Below, piece after piece: positions 51,410-64,000 of a stretch of 64,000 nt of DNA. Numbering within the stretch: position 1 is the first letter of the stretch; every line of letters starts with the position of its first letter. The stretch spans positions 21,700,001 through 21,764,000 of the forward strand of contig NC_091999.1 in NCBI RefSeq assembly GCF_044704955.1, read 5' to 3'. The notes under the pieces are model-generated. The model was given only the letters and a program-made list of their open reading frames with translations. It had not been told where the DNA came from and did not search any database. Origin of the DNA: Pristiophorus japonicus. Lineage: Eukaryota. A program made the position numbers and the translations under genes.

Positions 51410-51800
51410 AATTCAGATCTCATTGAAAGCTAAATGATTCTGAGGGGGTTGACATGTTGGATGCCGAGAGGATCTTTCCCCTGGCTGGAGAGTCTACATC
51501 TAGAGGGCATAGTTCCAGGATAAGGGGCGGGCCATTTAAGACAGAGAAGAGGAAAAATTTCATCACTCAGAGCGTTGTGAATCTTTGAAATTTTCAATCC
51601 AAAGGCCTGTGGATGTTGAGTTGTTGAGTATATTCAAGGCTGTGATAGATAGATGTTTGGACTGCAGGATAATCAAGGGATATGGGGATATTGCAGCAAA
51701 GTGCAGTTGCGGTAGATGATCAACCATGATCTTATTGAATGGCGGAGCAGGCTCGAGGGGCCGTATGGCCTACTCCTATTCCTAATTCTTATGTTCTTAT
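51410..51800 (+). mobile_element. CR1 3' fragment (part of a duplicated block)
   Basis: Paralogous to 59960-60340. Confidence 0.8.
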
Positions 51801-52002
51801 CTAACTTCACACCTTCCCATGAAAACCTCCTCAGAATTGAGAACACTAATTGTGTCCTTTGTCGCTTAACTCCCCCTGATCTCTTGGCCTTCTTGTGATT
51901 TGCTCTGAGAAACTCCTCTGGCGGACCGTCACTGGGAGAATGCAAGTTGTTGTGTGTGGAATTATATAATCATGTTTACAAAACGCTGGCGCCTGCAGTA
52001 TA

Positions 52003-53333
52003 GGAATAGTGCAATCAAGCAGACGGAACATGGATTCATGGAGGAGAAATCATGTATAACTAAATTACTGGAATTCTTTGAGGATATAACGAGCATGGTG
52101 GATAGAGGTGTACTGATGGATGTGATGTTTTTAGATTTCCAAAAGGCATTCGATAAGTTGGCACACAAAAGGTTACTGCAGAAGATAAAGGCACCTGGAG
52201 TCAGAGGAAATGTATTAGCATGGATCGAGAATTGGCTGGCGAACAGGAAGCAGAGAGTCGGGATAATTGGGTCCTTTTCGAGTTGGAAATCGATGGTTAG
52301 TGGTGTGCCACATGGATCGGTGCTGGGACCACAACTGTTTACAATATACATAGATGACCTGGAAGAGGGGACAGAGTGTAGTGTAACAAAATGTGCAGAA
52401 GACACAAAGATTAGTATGGAAAGCGGGTTGTGTAGCGGAAACATGAGAGGCTGCAAAGAGATTTAGATCGGTTAAGCGAATGGGCTAAGGTTTGGCAGAT
52501 GGTATATAATGTCGGATAATGTGAGGTCATCCACCTTGTTAAAAAAACAGTAAAAGGGAATATTATTTGAATGGGGATAAATTACAACATGTTGCGGTGC
52601 AGAGGGATCTGGGGGTCCTTGTGCATGAATCCCAAAAAGTTAGTTTGCAGGTGCAGCAGGTAATCAGGAATGCGAATGGAATGTTGGCCTTCATTGCGAG
52701 TGGGATGGAGTACAAAAGCAGCGAGCTCCTGCTGCAACTGTATAGGGTATTAGTGAGGCCTGGAGTACTGCGTGTAGTTTTGGTCACCTTACTTAAGGAA
52801 GGATATACTAGCTTTGGAGGGGATACAGAGACGGTTCACTCGGCTGATTCTGGAGATGAGAGGGTTATCTTATGATGATAGATTGAGTAGACTGGGTCTT
52901 TACTCGTTGGAGTTCAGAAGGATGAGGGATGATCTTATAGAAACATTTAAAATAATGAAAGGGATAGACAAGATAGAGGCAGAGAGGTTGTTTCCAATGG
53001 TCGGGGAGACTAGAACTAGGGGGCACAGCCTCAAAATACGGGGGAGCCAATTTAAAACCGAGTTGAGAAGGAATTTCTTCTCCAAGAGGGTTGTGAATCT
53101 GTGGAATTCTCTGCCCAAGGAAGCAGTTGAGGCTAGCTCATTGAATGTATTCAAATCTCAGGTAGATAGATTTTTAACCAATAAGAGAATTAAGGGTTAT
53201 GGGGAGCGGGCGGGTAAGTGGAGCTGAGTCCACGGCCAGTTCAGCCATGATCTTGTTGAATAGCAGAGCAGGCTCGAGGGGCTAGATAGCCTACTCCTGT
53301 TCCTAATTCTTATGTTCTTATGTTTTTATGTTT
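52003..53333 (+). mobile_element. 5'-truncated CR1 with 6-bp TSD
   Basis: AGTATA at 51997-52002 and 53334-53339; the empty site is present in the paralog at ~60542. Confidence 0.92.
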
Positions 53334-55243
53334 AGTATATGTTTATGATCAGCAGGTGGCGACAGTGAGCTTATTGAAACAGGAATCATGCAGAGGCTGC
53401 TGTTGCTGAGCAGATGTGTCACAGTCTGCATGGTATCAAGGCCGTGAAGATGGTGCAGAAAAGATTTACTAGAATTCTGCCAGGAATGTGGTATTTCAGT
53501 CATGCAGAGACGAGGGAAACTGGAATTGAGCAGAGAAGGTTAAAGGATGATTTAATAAAGGTGATTAAAATGATGAAAAGTTGTGACAGAATCATCGAGG
53601 TTTACGACACAGAGGGAGCTCTTTGTGCCATCATGTCCGTGCCGGCCGAAATACAACGATCCGGCCGAATCACATTTTTCATTGTTCCATAGCTCTGTAT
53701 GTTATGGCACCTCAAGTGCATATGCAGGTACTTTTTCAATGAGATGGAGATTTCTGCCTGTACCTCCATTTTTGGCAGTGACTTCCAGACCCCCACCACC
53801 CTCTGGATGAAAAGGAATTCTCCTCCATCCGCTCTAATCCTTCCAGCAATTACTTTCCATCTATTTTCCCAGGTTATTGACCACTCTGCTCAGGGAAATA
53901 GTTCCTTCCGAGCAACTCTATCTCAGCCCCTTATACTAGAAACATAGAAACGTAGAAATTTACAGCGCAGATGGAGGCCATTTCGGCCCATCGTGTCCAC
54001 GCCGATCGACAAAGAGCTGCACAGGCCTTGGTCAGCAGTCCTAAAGTTTACATATAAACCTATGAAGAATGATCGAAAGGCAAAGAGCACCCAGCCCAAC
54101 CAGTCCGCCCCACACAACTGTGAAACCCCTTATACTAAAACATTCTACACTCCACCTCAACAGGAGCCATGTGATCTCAAAACAAGAGGCAAAAAACAGA
54201 TACAATCTTAGGCCAATTTAGGGAGAAAAATTCTGGGAAAATTACTCTCTGACCCATCCAGGTGATCGAAATTATTCGGAGAGATCACCCTGGCCGAATT
54301 CTGTTCCCCACAGTACTTACCATTATATCTGCTCCGTCCAACAAAAGGTCGTCCAGTCTACTCCAAACTATCAGCTCTCGGTCTGTAACCCTGCAGATAA
54401 CGGCACTTTAAGTGCCCATCCAACCATCTCTTAAAAGTGGAGAGGTTCTCTTCATTCACCACTCTCCCAGGCATAGATTTCCCGATCCCCAGAACCCTCT
54501 ATGTAAAGAAACCCCCCTTTCAAATCCCCTTTAAACATTCCACCAACCATCTTAAAAGTATGCCTCCTCGTAATAGATTGCTCCACCAATTGAAATAGGC
54601 CCTTACTATCCACTATGTCCAGGCCCCTCAATATTTTGTACACTTCAATGAGGTCTCCACTCAACAACCTCTGTTCCAATGAGAACAAATCCAGCCTATC
54701 TAATCTGTTCTCATAACTAAGATTCTCCATTCCAGGCAGCAAACTAGTAAATCTCACCTGCACCCTCTCCAGTGAAATCAGAAATCACGTCCTTCCTATA
54801 ATATAGCTACTAGAACTTCACATCGTACTCCAGCTGTGGCCTAACCAAAGTAGTATACACTTTAAGCATAACCTCCCTGCTCTTATATTCTATGCCTTGG
54901 CCAATAAAGGCAAGCATTCCGTATGCCTTATTGACCACCTTATCCACCTGGCCTGCTACTTTCAAGGGTCTGTAGACAAGCACTCCATGGTCCCTTTGTT
55001 CATCTACACTATTAAGTGGCCTACCGCTTAATGTGTATACCCTTTCCTTATTAGCTCTCCCAAAGTGCATCACCTCACACTTCTCTGAAATAAATTCCAT
55101 TTGCCACTGCTCTGCCCACCTGACCAGTAGAATGATATCCCCCTGCAGCACATGACTTTCCTGTACATTATTAACCACAATTTTAGTGTCGGCTGAAAAA
55201 TTCTTAATCATACTCCCTATATTCAAATCTAAATCGTTGATAG

Positions 55244-55435
55244 TGTAGTGTATGGAGAAAGAGTCAGACTGAACACTGTGAGCTCAAAGTAAAGTGTGAA
55301 CTTAATCTTTTATTGCAGGTCTCCAGAGTGCTTCTCCAACCTGTGAAGCTTTCTTAAATATGGGATCCCTTGGGACTCCGGGGAATGAGCCCTCTGTTGG
55401 TTGTACAGTGTAGATACAAGTCCACAAATATAACA
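55244..55435 (-). repeat. Gypsy 3' LTR
   Basis: TG...CA termini; direct repeat of 58926-59129; AATAAA on minus. Confidence 0.92.
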
Positions 55436-58400
55436 ACACTCCCGCCCAAAGTCAATAGGGTAACTATTTACAATGTGAGTCGATATGGGTCTCTTGTTGC
55501 CCTGGTTGAACATCTCGGTGTGAAAGCTGGTGTTGTTGTTGCTGAATAATTTGTTGGGCCCTCGCTGGGCTCTGTGCAGCTGGCCTTGCTGGGATGCCTG
55601 GTGTGTTGGGCTCTGCAGGGCTGGTGTGGATGATGGGTTCTGCTTCGTGGTCAACCGTGGTGTCATTTGTCACTGGTGTTTATGTTAGGGATCTAAAAAT
55701 GCAGGGTCTAAGGTGGGTTGCTCAGGGTAGTCCGTGAATGTGAGTTTGATTTGGTCCAAGTGTTTCCGGTGAATGAGTCCATTTGAAAGTTTGACCCGAA
55801 ACACACTGCTCCCCTCTTTGGTCACGACAGTTACGGAAAGCCACTTGGGACCTTGTCTATAATGTAATACAAATACAGCATCATTGACTTCAATCTCGCG
55901 TGACACATTTCCACTATCATGGTTTGCACTTTGTTGAAGCCGCCTGCTCTCTACCTCTTCATGTAGATCAGGGTGAACGAACGAGAGCCTTGTCTTAAGT
56001 GCTCTTTTCATGAGCAGTTCAGCAGGTGGGATCCCAGTGAGTGAGTGGGGTCGCGTGCAGTCGCTAAGCAGGACTCGGGATAGGCGAGTCTGCAGTAAGC
56101 CTTCAGTTACTCTCTTCAAGCCTTGCTTGATGGTTTGCACTGCTCTCTCTGCCTGACCATTGGACGCTGGTTTGAACGTGGCAGATGTGACATATTTGAT
56201 CCCGTTACGGGTCTTTAATTATTTGAACTCAGCACTGGTAAAACATGGCCCGTTGTCGCTCACCAGAACATCGGGTCAGCCGTGAGTGACAAACATGGCC
56301 TGCAGGCTTTCAGTGGTGGCGGCGGACGTGCTAGCCGACATTATCTCACATTCAATCCACTTGGAGTACACATCTACAACCACATGGAACATTTTAACCA
56401 AGAACAGGCCTGCGTAGTCGACGTGTACCCTGGACCACGGTTTGGAGGGCCAAGACCATAAACTTAGCGGCGCATCCCTGGGTACATTGCTCAACTGCGA
56501 GCATGTATTACATCTGTGAACTCAGGATTCTAAATCCGCATCGATACCGGGCCACCACACGTGAGATCTGGCTATCGCTTTCATCATTATGATGCCTGGG
56601 TGGGTACTGTGAAGGTCATTGATGAAGGTGTCTCTGTCCTTCTTAGGGACTACTACTCGATTGCCCCACAGAAGGCAGTCTGCCTGTATAGACATTTCAT
56701 CTTCGCGCTGCTGGAATGGCTTTATCTCTTCCTGCATTTCCACTGGGACACTGGACCAGCTCCCGTGAAGGACACAGCTTTTGACTAGAGATGATAAGGG
56801 GTTCTGGCTTGTCCAGGTTTTGATCTGCCGGGCAGTGACGGGTGATTGCTCTCTCAAATGCTTCCATTACCATGGCTGGATCTTCAGGCTGCACCATTTC
56901 CACCCCCGTGGTGGGCAACGGCAGCCTACTGAGATCATCGGCGCAGTTTTCTGTGCCTGGTCTGTGGCGAATGGCGTAATTGGTTGCGGACAACGTGAGC
57001 GCCCATCTCTGGATGCGGGCCGATGCGTTGGTATTTATCCCATTACTCTCGGAAACCATGGATATAAGTGGCTTATGGGCAGTTTCCAATTCGAATTTTA
57101 GCCCAGACATGTTTTGCTGCTTTTTCTTTACCATTGACACATGCTAACGCTTCCTTTTTAATCATGCTGTAGCGTCTCTCGGCCTTAGACAGATTTCTGG
57201 ATGCATAAGCAACTGTTTGCAGTTTCCCGAAATCATTAGCTTGTTGCAATACACACCCGACGCCATATGACGACGCATCACATGCTAGTACCAAATGCTT
57301 ACATGGATCAAACAACACAAGCAATTTGTTTGAGCACAATAATTCTCTCGCTTTTACGAAGGCATTTTCTTGGCTTTTGCCCCAAACCCATTCGCCACCT
57401 TTTCGTAGGAAGAACTGTAATGGTTTTAGCAGTGTGGTGAGACCCGGTAGGAAGTTATCAAAGTAGTTCAAGAGTTCCAAAAACGACCGCAGTTCGGTCA
57501 CGTTCTGTGGGCTCGGTGCATTCTCGATTGCACTCACTTCGAGCGTTTTAACCTGAGCCCCACACGGTTGAGTCGACGAAGAACCTCCTCCAGGTTCTGC
57601 AGGTGCTCGACTGTGTTCCGACCTGTGACCAAGATTTCGTCCTGGAAGACGAAGGTTTGCGGGACCGACTTCAGTAAACTTTCCATGTTTCTCTGGAATA
57701 TTGCTGGCGCTGATAGAATTCCAAACGGACATCTGTTATAAACAAAAAGACCTTTGCGCGTGTTGATGCAGGTGAGGGCCTTCGATAATTCCTCCAGTTC
57801 CTGCATCATGTAGGCTGAAGTCCGATCCAGCTTCGTGAACGTCTTTCCTGCCGCCAGCACTGCAAAGAGGTCGTCGGCTTTTGGTAGTGGTATTGGTCCT
57901 GCAGGGAGAAACGATTGATAGTTACTTTGTAATCACCATAGATTCTGACGGTGCCATCCCCCTTGAGGACTGGGAGAATAGGACTGGCCCACGCACTGAA
58001 CTCGATCGATGAAATGATGCCCTCTCTTTGTGGACTGTCTAGCTCGATCTCTCCCCTTTCTCTCATCATGTATGGTACTTCTCTCGACTTGTGATGGATG
58101 GGTCGCGCCCCCGGAATTAGGTGGATCTGCATTTTTGCTCTTTGGAATTTCCCGATGCCTGGTTCGAACAACGAAGGATATTTGTTTAAGACCTGGGCAC
58201 AGGAATTGTCGTCAGCGGGTGATAGCGCTCGGATGTCGTCCCACTTCCAACATATCTTTGCCAGCCAGCTCCTGCCAAGCAGCGTGGTACCATCGCCAGA
58301 GTGGTAGTTTGTGCACAGCTCAATCGTAAGAGACCTTTACGGTAGCACTGCCGATTACAGGAATCTATTCTTTTGTGTAAGTTCTTAGTTTCCTGCGAAT

Positions 58401-58925
58401 TAGAGTTAAGACTGACCTTGAGGCCTTGTTGCACCACAACCTTTCAAAAGTCATTTTGCCCATAATGGACTGGCTTGCACCCGCGTCCAGCTCCCTTGAC
58501 ACCGGGAGCCCATTTAGTTCAACATTCAGCGTTATCGGGGGACAATTCGTGGTGAATGTGTATACCTCATGTACCTCTGCCTCCTCTATCTGAAGCTCTG
58601 TTTCGTCATGATCCTCCTCTGTAACCTGGTGGTTTGCAGGTTTAACAGGCTGAGCAGCTCGCCTGCATACTCGTCGGACGTGTCCCATTGTTCCACAGCC
58701 CTTGCAAACTTATCATTTGAATCGGCATGAATGGAAACGATGATCACCCCCGCAGTGCCACAAGGTGTTAATGGCCTTGCATTCATCACCCTTGATGTTA
58801 GACTCTGAGACATCTGCCGACGTGTAGCTGCAGGTATGTGTGACCTGTCCTGTACGTTCCGATTCGAAAACAACGTGACTTTGTTCATCATACTTGTAGC
58901 AGCACAAACTGTATCTCGTCGCCAG

Positions 58926-59129
58926 TTTAGTGTGTGGAGAAAGAGTCAGACTGAACACTGTGAGCTCAAAATGATGTGTGACCTTAGTCTGTTATTGCAG
59001 AATGCCTCTCCAACCTGTGAAGCCTTCTTAAATACCTGTGTTCCCAAGGGATTATGAGATCCCTTGGGACTCCGGGGAATGAGCCCTCTGGTGGCTGTAC
59101 AGAGTAAATACAAGTCCACATATATAACA
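58926..59129 (-). repeat. Gypsy 5' LTR
   Basis: Direct repeat of 55244-55435 with one terminal base mutated; adjacent PBS. Confidence 0.92.
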
Positions 59130-59440
59130 GATATATACCACAAAAACCAAGGGACCGAGTACTGAGCCCAGCGGAAACCCACTGGAAACATCCCTCCAGT
59201 CAAATGAAATCCATCAATCATTACCCTTTGCTTCCTACCTCCAAGCCAATTTTGCTTTCAACTTGCCACTTTGCCCTGAATTGCCATGCTCTTTATACCT
59301 CATTGCATTTTTTGAGGAGGTAACCAAAAGGGTCGATCTTCCCTTAAGCAATCCGTGCTGACTGTCCCTAACTAATCCTTGCCTTCCAAGTGTAGATTCA
59401 TCCTGTCTTTTAGGACTTTTTTCCAATAATTTTCCCACCA

Positions 59441-60342
59441 CAATAATCTTGTACACGTCAATTAAATCTCCCCTCAGCCTCTTCTGTTCCAAACGAAACA
59501 ACTCCAGCCTGTCCAATCTTTCCTCATGGCTAAAATCCTCCAGTCCTGGCAACATCCTCTTCAATCTCCTCTGTACCCTCTATAGTGGAATCACATCTTT
59601 CCTGTAATGTGGTGACCAGAACTGCACACTGTGGCCGAAATGGTATTTTGTAGTGTTAATGGCGGACCACGCCGCTCTTATATTCTATGCCATGACCGCT
59701 AAAGGCACGTATTCTGTATTCCTTTTTAAAACAACTTATCTGTCTAGCCTACTACTTTCAGGGATCTGTGAACCTGTACTCCAAGGTCCTGGAATACTGG
59801 GGCAGTTTGGGTCTCCTTATCTAAGGAAGGATATACTTGCCTTGGTGGTGGTGCAACTGAGGTTCACTAGATTGAATCCTGGGATGAGAGAGCTGTGTTA
59901 TGATGAGAGATTTTACAGAATGGGCCTCTGCTCTCTGCAGTTTAAAAGAATGAGTGGTGCTCTCATTGAAAGATACAGGATTCCGAAGGGGATTGACAGG
60001 TTAGATGCTGAGAGGTTGTTTCCCCTGGCTGGAGAGTCTACATCGAGAGGGCATAGTTTCAGGATAAGGGGCGGGCCAATTAAGACAGAGAAGAGGATGA
60101 ATTACATCACTCAGAGCGTTGTGAATCTTTGAAATTCTCAATCCAAAGGACTGTGGATGCTGAGTCGTTGAGTATATTCAAGGCTGAGATAGATAGATAT
60201 TTGGACTGTAGGAGAATCAAGGGAAATGGGGATAATGCAGCAAGGTGGAGTTGAGGTTGATGATCAGCCATGATCTGATTGAATGCTGGAGCAGGCTCGT
60301 GGGGCCGTATGGCCTAATCCTGCTCCTAAATCTTATGTTCCA
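59441..60342. mobile_element. Two CR1 fragments in opposite orientation (59441-~59785 minus; ~59790-60342 plus)
   Basis: LEQKRLRGDLIDVYKI on minus; SPYLRKDILAL..RFTRL on plus. Confidence 0.8.
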
Positions 60343-60823
60343 TATAACTTAACACCCTCCCAAGAAAACCCCCTCAGAATTGATAACACGAATTGTGTCC
60401 TTTCTCCCTTAACTCCCCCTGATCTCTTGACCCTCTTGTGGTTTTCTCTGAGAAACTCCTCTGGATCAACGTCACTGGGAAAATGTAAGTTGTTGTGTGT
60501 AGAATTAGATAATCATGTTTAAAAAAAACTCTGGCCCCTGCAGTAGATGTTTATCATCAGCAGATGGCGACAATGAGCTTATTGAAACATTATTCATGCA
60601 GAGGCTGCTGTTGCTGAGCAGATAAGTCACAATCTGCATTGTTAGAACATGTTATATAATTGCTATCAATCAATAATTACTAATACTCAGATTACTGCTC
60701 AGTCCAATTTTAAGAGAGCAAGAATCCTTATAATTAATCTAATGGAACAATAGAGATTGAATTAATTTCAGTCCAGACTTTGGGAAATGTGTCACGGCCT
60801 TGAAGACGGTGCAGAACAGATTA

Positions 60824-61180
60824 AACATAGAAACATAGAAAATAGGTGCAGGAGTGGGCCTTTCGGCCCTTCGAGCCTGCACCACCATTCAATAAGATCA
60901 TGGCTGATCGTTCACCTCAGTACCCCTTTCCTGCTTTCTCTCCATACCTCCAGATTCCCTTAACTGTAAGGGTCATATCTAACCCCCTCTTGAATATAGC
61001 CAATGAACTGGCATCAACAACTCTCTGCGGCAGGGAATTCCACAGGTTAACAATTCTCTGAGTGAATAAATTTTTCCTCATCTCAGTCCTAAGTGGTTTA
61101 CCCCTTATCCTAAGACTTTGTCTCCTGGTTCTGGACTTCCCCAACATCGGGAACATTCTACCCGCATCTAACCTGTCCCA
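60824..61180 (-). mobile_element. CR1 3' tail
   Basis: (CATAGAAA)n tail on plus; MFPMLGKSRTR...NLWNSLP. Confidence 0.88.
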
Positions 61181-61199
61181 TCACTTCAGAATTGGGGTA

Positions 61200-61470
61200 A
61201 CTTCATGCCCTAAAATTGCTTCACAGGAGCGTTATCAAACAAATTGTGGCACCGAGCCACAGAATGAGATATTGGGACAGGTGATCAAAAGCTTCGTCAA
61301 AGAGGTAGGTTTTACGGAGCGTCTTAAAGAAGGGAAGACAGGTGGAGAGTGTTAGGGAGGGAATTCCAGAGGTTAGGGACTTGGCAGCTGAAGGCACGGC
61401 GATGGTGGGGTGATTAAAATCACGGATGCTCAAGAGTCAAATATTGGAGGAGCGCGGAGCTCCTTGGAGT
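61200..61470 (-). mobile_element. L2 3' fragment
   Basis: Reverse complement similar to 28660-28820. Confidence 0.65.
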
Positions 61471-61494
61471 GTTGTGGGGCATAACACAGCGGTT

Positions 61495-61845
61495 CCTACA
61501 TGGAGCTGCAACACGGCAAGCGAGCAGAGGAAACATTTCAAGGACACCCAAAAGGCCTCCTTGATGAAGTGCAACATCCCCACCAGCACCTGGAACTCTC
61601 TGGCCAAAGACCACCCTAAGTGGAGGAAGAGCATTCGGGAGGGCGCTGAGCACCTCGAGTCTCATCGCCGAGAGCATGTAGAAACCAAGCGTGGACAGTG
61701 GAAAGAGCATGCGGCAAACCAGACTCCTTACCCAGCCTTTCCTTCAACCACTGTCTGACCACCTGCGACAGAGACTGTAGGTCCCGCATCGGAATTTCCA
61801 GTCACCCGAGAACTAACTTTTAGAGTGGAAGCAAGTCATCCTCGA
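61495..61845 (+). mobile_element. RTE-clade LINE 3' end
   Basis: RKHFKDTxKASLxKCNI..TWxxLAxDxxKWRKSIREG and a terminal CxxC..H relic; RTE-type tail. Confidence 0.8.
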
Positions 61846-61984
61846 CTAGAATTCTACCAGGAATGAGGTATTTCAGTTATGCAGAGACTAGAGAAATTGT
61901 GATTGAGCAGGGAAGGTTAAAGGTTGATTTAATAGAGGTGATTAAAATGCTGAAAGGTGGCGATAGAATCATAGACGTTTACAT

Positions 61985-63470
61985 CACATTAGACCCTGTC
62001 TCTATTTATATTCCACTTGACCCTGTCTCTGGTTTAATACACTAGACCTTGACTCTGTTTATATTCTACTAGACCCTGTCTCTGTTTATAATACACTAGA
62101 CCCTGTCTCTGTTTATTTTACACTAGGCCCTGACACTGTTTATATTACACTAGACTCTGTCTCGGTTTATTTTACACTCGGCCCTGACACTGTTTATATT
62201 ACACTAGACACTGTCTCTGTTTATATGATACTAGACCCTATCACTGTTTATATTACACAACATCTTGTCTCTGTTTATAATACACTAGACGCTGTCTCTG
62301 TTTAAATTACACTGGAACCTGTATCAGTTTTACTGCCCTAGACCAAGAGTGAAATATTTTACAGTATAACCTGCCCCTGTTCATATTGCACTCGACCTTG
62401 TCCTAGTTATTACTGCACTAGACAATGCATCTATTTATAATATGCAAGGCTGTGTCTTAGTTACATTTACTGAGGTGATTAAAATGATGAGACGTGGTGA
62501 TAGATTCATAGACGTTTACAAAACACTAGACCATGTCTCTGTTTACATTACACTAAACACTCTCTCTCTGTTTATCTTACAAGAAAACCTGTCCCAGTTA
62601 TTACTGCACTATAACATGACTCTGTTTATACAGTGTGCGATAGTATAGTGGATATGATACTGGACTAATCCACAGATCTAGAAGAATAATCCAGAGACGT
62701 GATTTCAAATCCAGCCACAACAGCTGGGCGAATTTAAATTCAGTTAAATGAATATAAAATTGGAATCATAAGCTAATATGAGTAATGCTGACCATGAAAC
62801 TACCAGATTGTCCTTTAGGGAATGAAATCTGCCATCCTTACCCGGTCTGGCCTATATGTGACCCACAGTAAGGGTCTCTTAAATGCCTTCTGGAATGACC
62901 CAGCAAGCCACTCAGTTGTATCAAACCGCTAGAACAAAGTCAGCACTGAGTACTTTCACCACACGCACTGCAGCGGTTCAAGAAGGCGGCTCAGCACCAC
63001 CTTCTCAAGGGCAAATAGGGATGGGCAATAAATGCTAGCCTTGCCAGTGAAATCCAGACCCCATGACGAAGAAATAAAAATGATTACATTAGGCAGTACC
63101 TCAGTGATTACAGCAAAATGATATTTATTATACAGCAGTACCTGTCTCAGTTATTACTACACTATACCGTATCTCTGTTTATATTACACTAGGCCCTGTC
63201 TCTTTATATTATTCTAGACACTGTCTCTTTATATTATTCTAGACCCTGTCTCTGCTTATATTACACTAGACCTTGTCTCTGTTATTACTGCACTAGAACG
63301 TGTCTCTGTTTATATGACACTAGACCCCGTCTCTGTTTATATTACACGAGACCCTGTCTCAGTTATTACTGCACTAGAACGTGTCTCTGTTTATATTACA
63401 CTAGACCCTGTCTCAGTTATTACTGCAATATAAGATGTCTCTGTTTATATTACACTAGACCCTGTCTCCG
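61985..63470 (+). repeat. 27-bp satellite interrupted by a SINE (arms 61985-62635 and 63085-63470)
   Basis: Unit TAGACCCTGTCTCTGTTTATATTACAC. Confidence 0.92.
62636..63080 (+). mobile_element. tRNA-derived SINE
   Basis: A-box-like tagtatagtgg and B-box-like gatttcaaatcc; A-rich end; the tail is also present as a reversed stub at ~16495-16525. Confidence 0.65.
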
Positions 63471-64000
63471 TAAGATAGAGAGACAGATGATAGATAGATA
63501 CTGATAATCGTCAAGATATATATTTGCGTGTGTGAGAGGATGCAATAATTGTTTTTTTTACTTAGGAGCACATTTATTCTTGTTAACAGCTATCAGCAGC
63601 AGTGGGCAATGTCCTATTGATCTTGTATTGTGACGGTAATATTTGTGTTGAGAGGATGGGGTGAATCTCGTAACAATCTCCCAGAGATGGTCCGGGATTG
63701 AGGGACAGGACTGAAGGTGAGCAATTCACTGCACTTTGCACTACTTAGTGGCACTCTGTGTGTTAAATGTTACTAATTCACACGTGTGTTGCCCTGTGCC
63801 AATTGCTCACAGTTTTTAATGTTAAGGATTGTTTTTCCTGCAGTATTTTCCATTCAGCTTTCACATGGCCCACTGATTGTGTCAGACAGAGCCTTGAATC
63901 GTGACCTCACAGCACCGCCGGATGGGCAGCCGCAGAGTCCTAACGTGCACTCAGTTCAACAGCTCTCAGTTTGTTGAGAGGAACATAAAAAACACACACA

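Larger units (their letters stand above)
55244..59129 (-). mobile_element. Ty3/Gypsy LTR retrotransposon, gag largely deleted, pol degenerate
   Basis: Order PR (ELDAGAS), RT (CPFG, FQDE), RNase H (LACDASSYGVG), IN (HSTHPG, WWPG, VHVDYAG, SDNG); PBS TGGCGACGAG at 58915-58924; purine-rich tract next to the 3' LTR; flanks GATAG/GATAT. Confidence 0.95.
53937..59440 (-). mobile_element. CR1 with long 3' UTR, interrupted by the Gypsy provirus (arms 53937-55243 and 59130-59440)
   Basis: WAEQWQMEF..KCEVMHFG and LVRPQLEY motifs; the arms join across the provirus (aaatcgttgata|tataccac). Confidence 0.8.

Noticed and set aside
62636-62720. tRNA gene
   Set aside because: No cloverleaf can be built; the degenerate boxes run into a SINE body.

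Overview
Eukaryotic, repeat-saturated genomic DNA, most likely from a cartilaginous fish (inferred from the repeat families and the style of the zinc-finger genes; species cannot be fixed). No intact host protein-coding gene is supported. The window is a decayed cluster of C2H2 zinc-finger gene cassettes. Each cassette runs: YY1/NRF1-type CpG promoter, 54-bp minisatellite, conserved intron/acceptor, finger exon, conserved 3' end. Remnants lie near 4.3-5.4, 5.7-5.9, 18.6-23.0, 25.8-26.2, 26.6-27.0, 42.9-43.3 and 50.2-51.3 kb, in both orientations. The cluster is heavily invaded by retroelements: many CR1 LINEs (one full length with esterase ORF1, one 5'-truncated with a 726-aa open RT frame), L2 and RTE fragments, an RTE-dependent non-autonomous element, tRNA-SINEs and a gag-deleted Gypsy provirus with both LTRs. 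There are also six tandem-repeat families (23, 27, 37, 46, 54 and 67 bp units). The most notable element is a young Tx1-clade retrotransposon family. It has no terminal poly(A), ends in conserved stem-loops, shows TTCAT at all three 3' junctions, and includes a second copy inserted in tandem at the same target, which points to sequence-specific integration. Several satellites are arrays of regulatory motifs (RFX X-boxes, GTGAGT splice donors, CCAAT+TATA) placed next to promoters. Coordinates of degenerate repeats are approximate.
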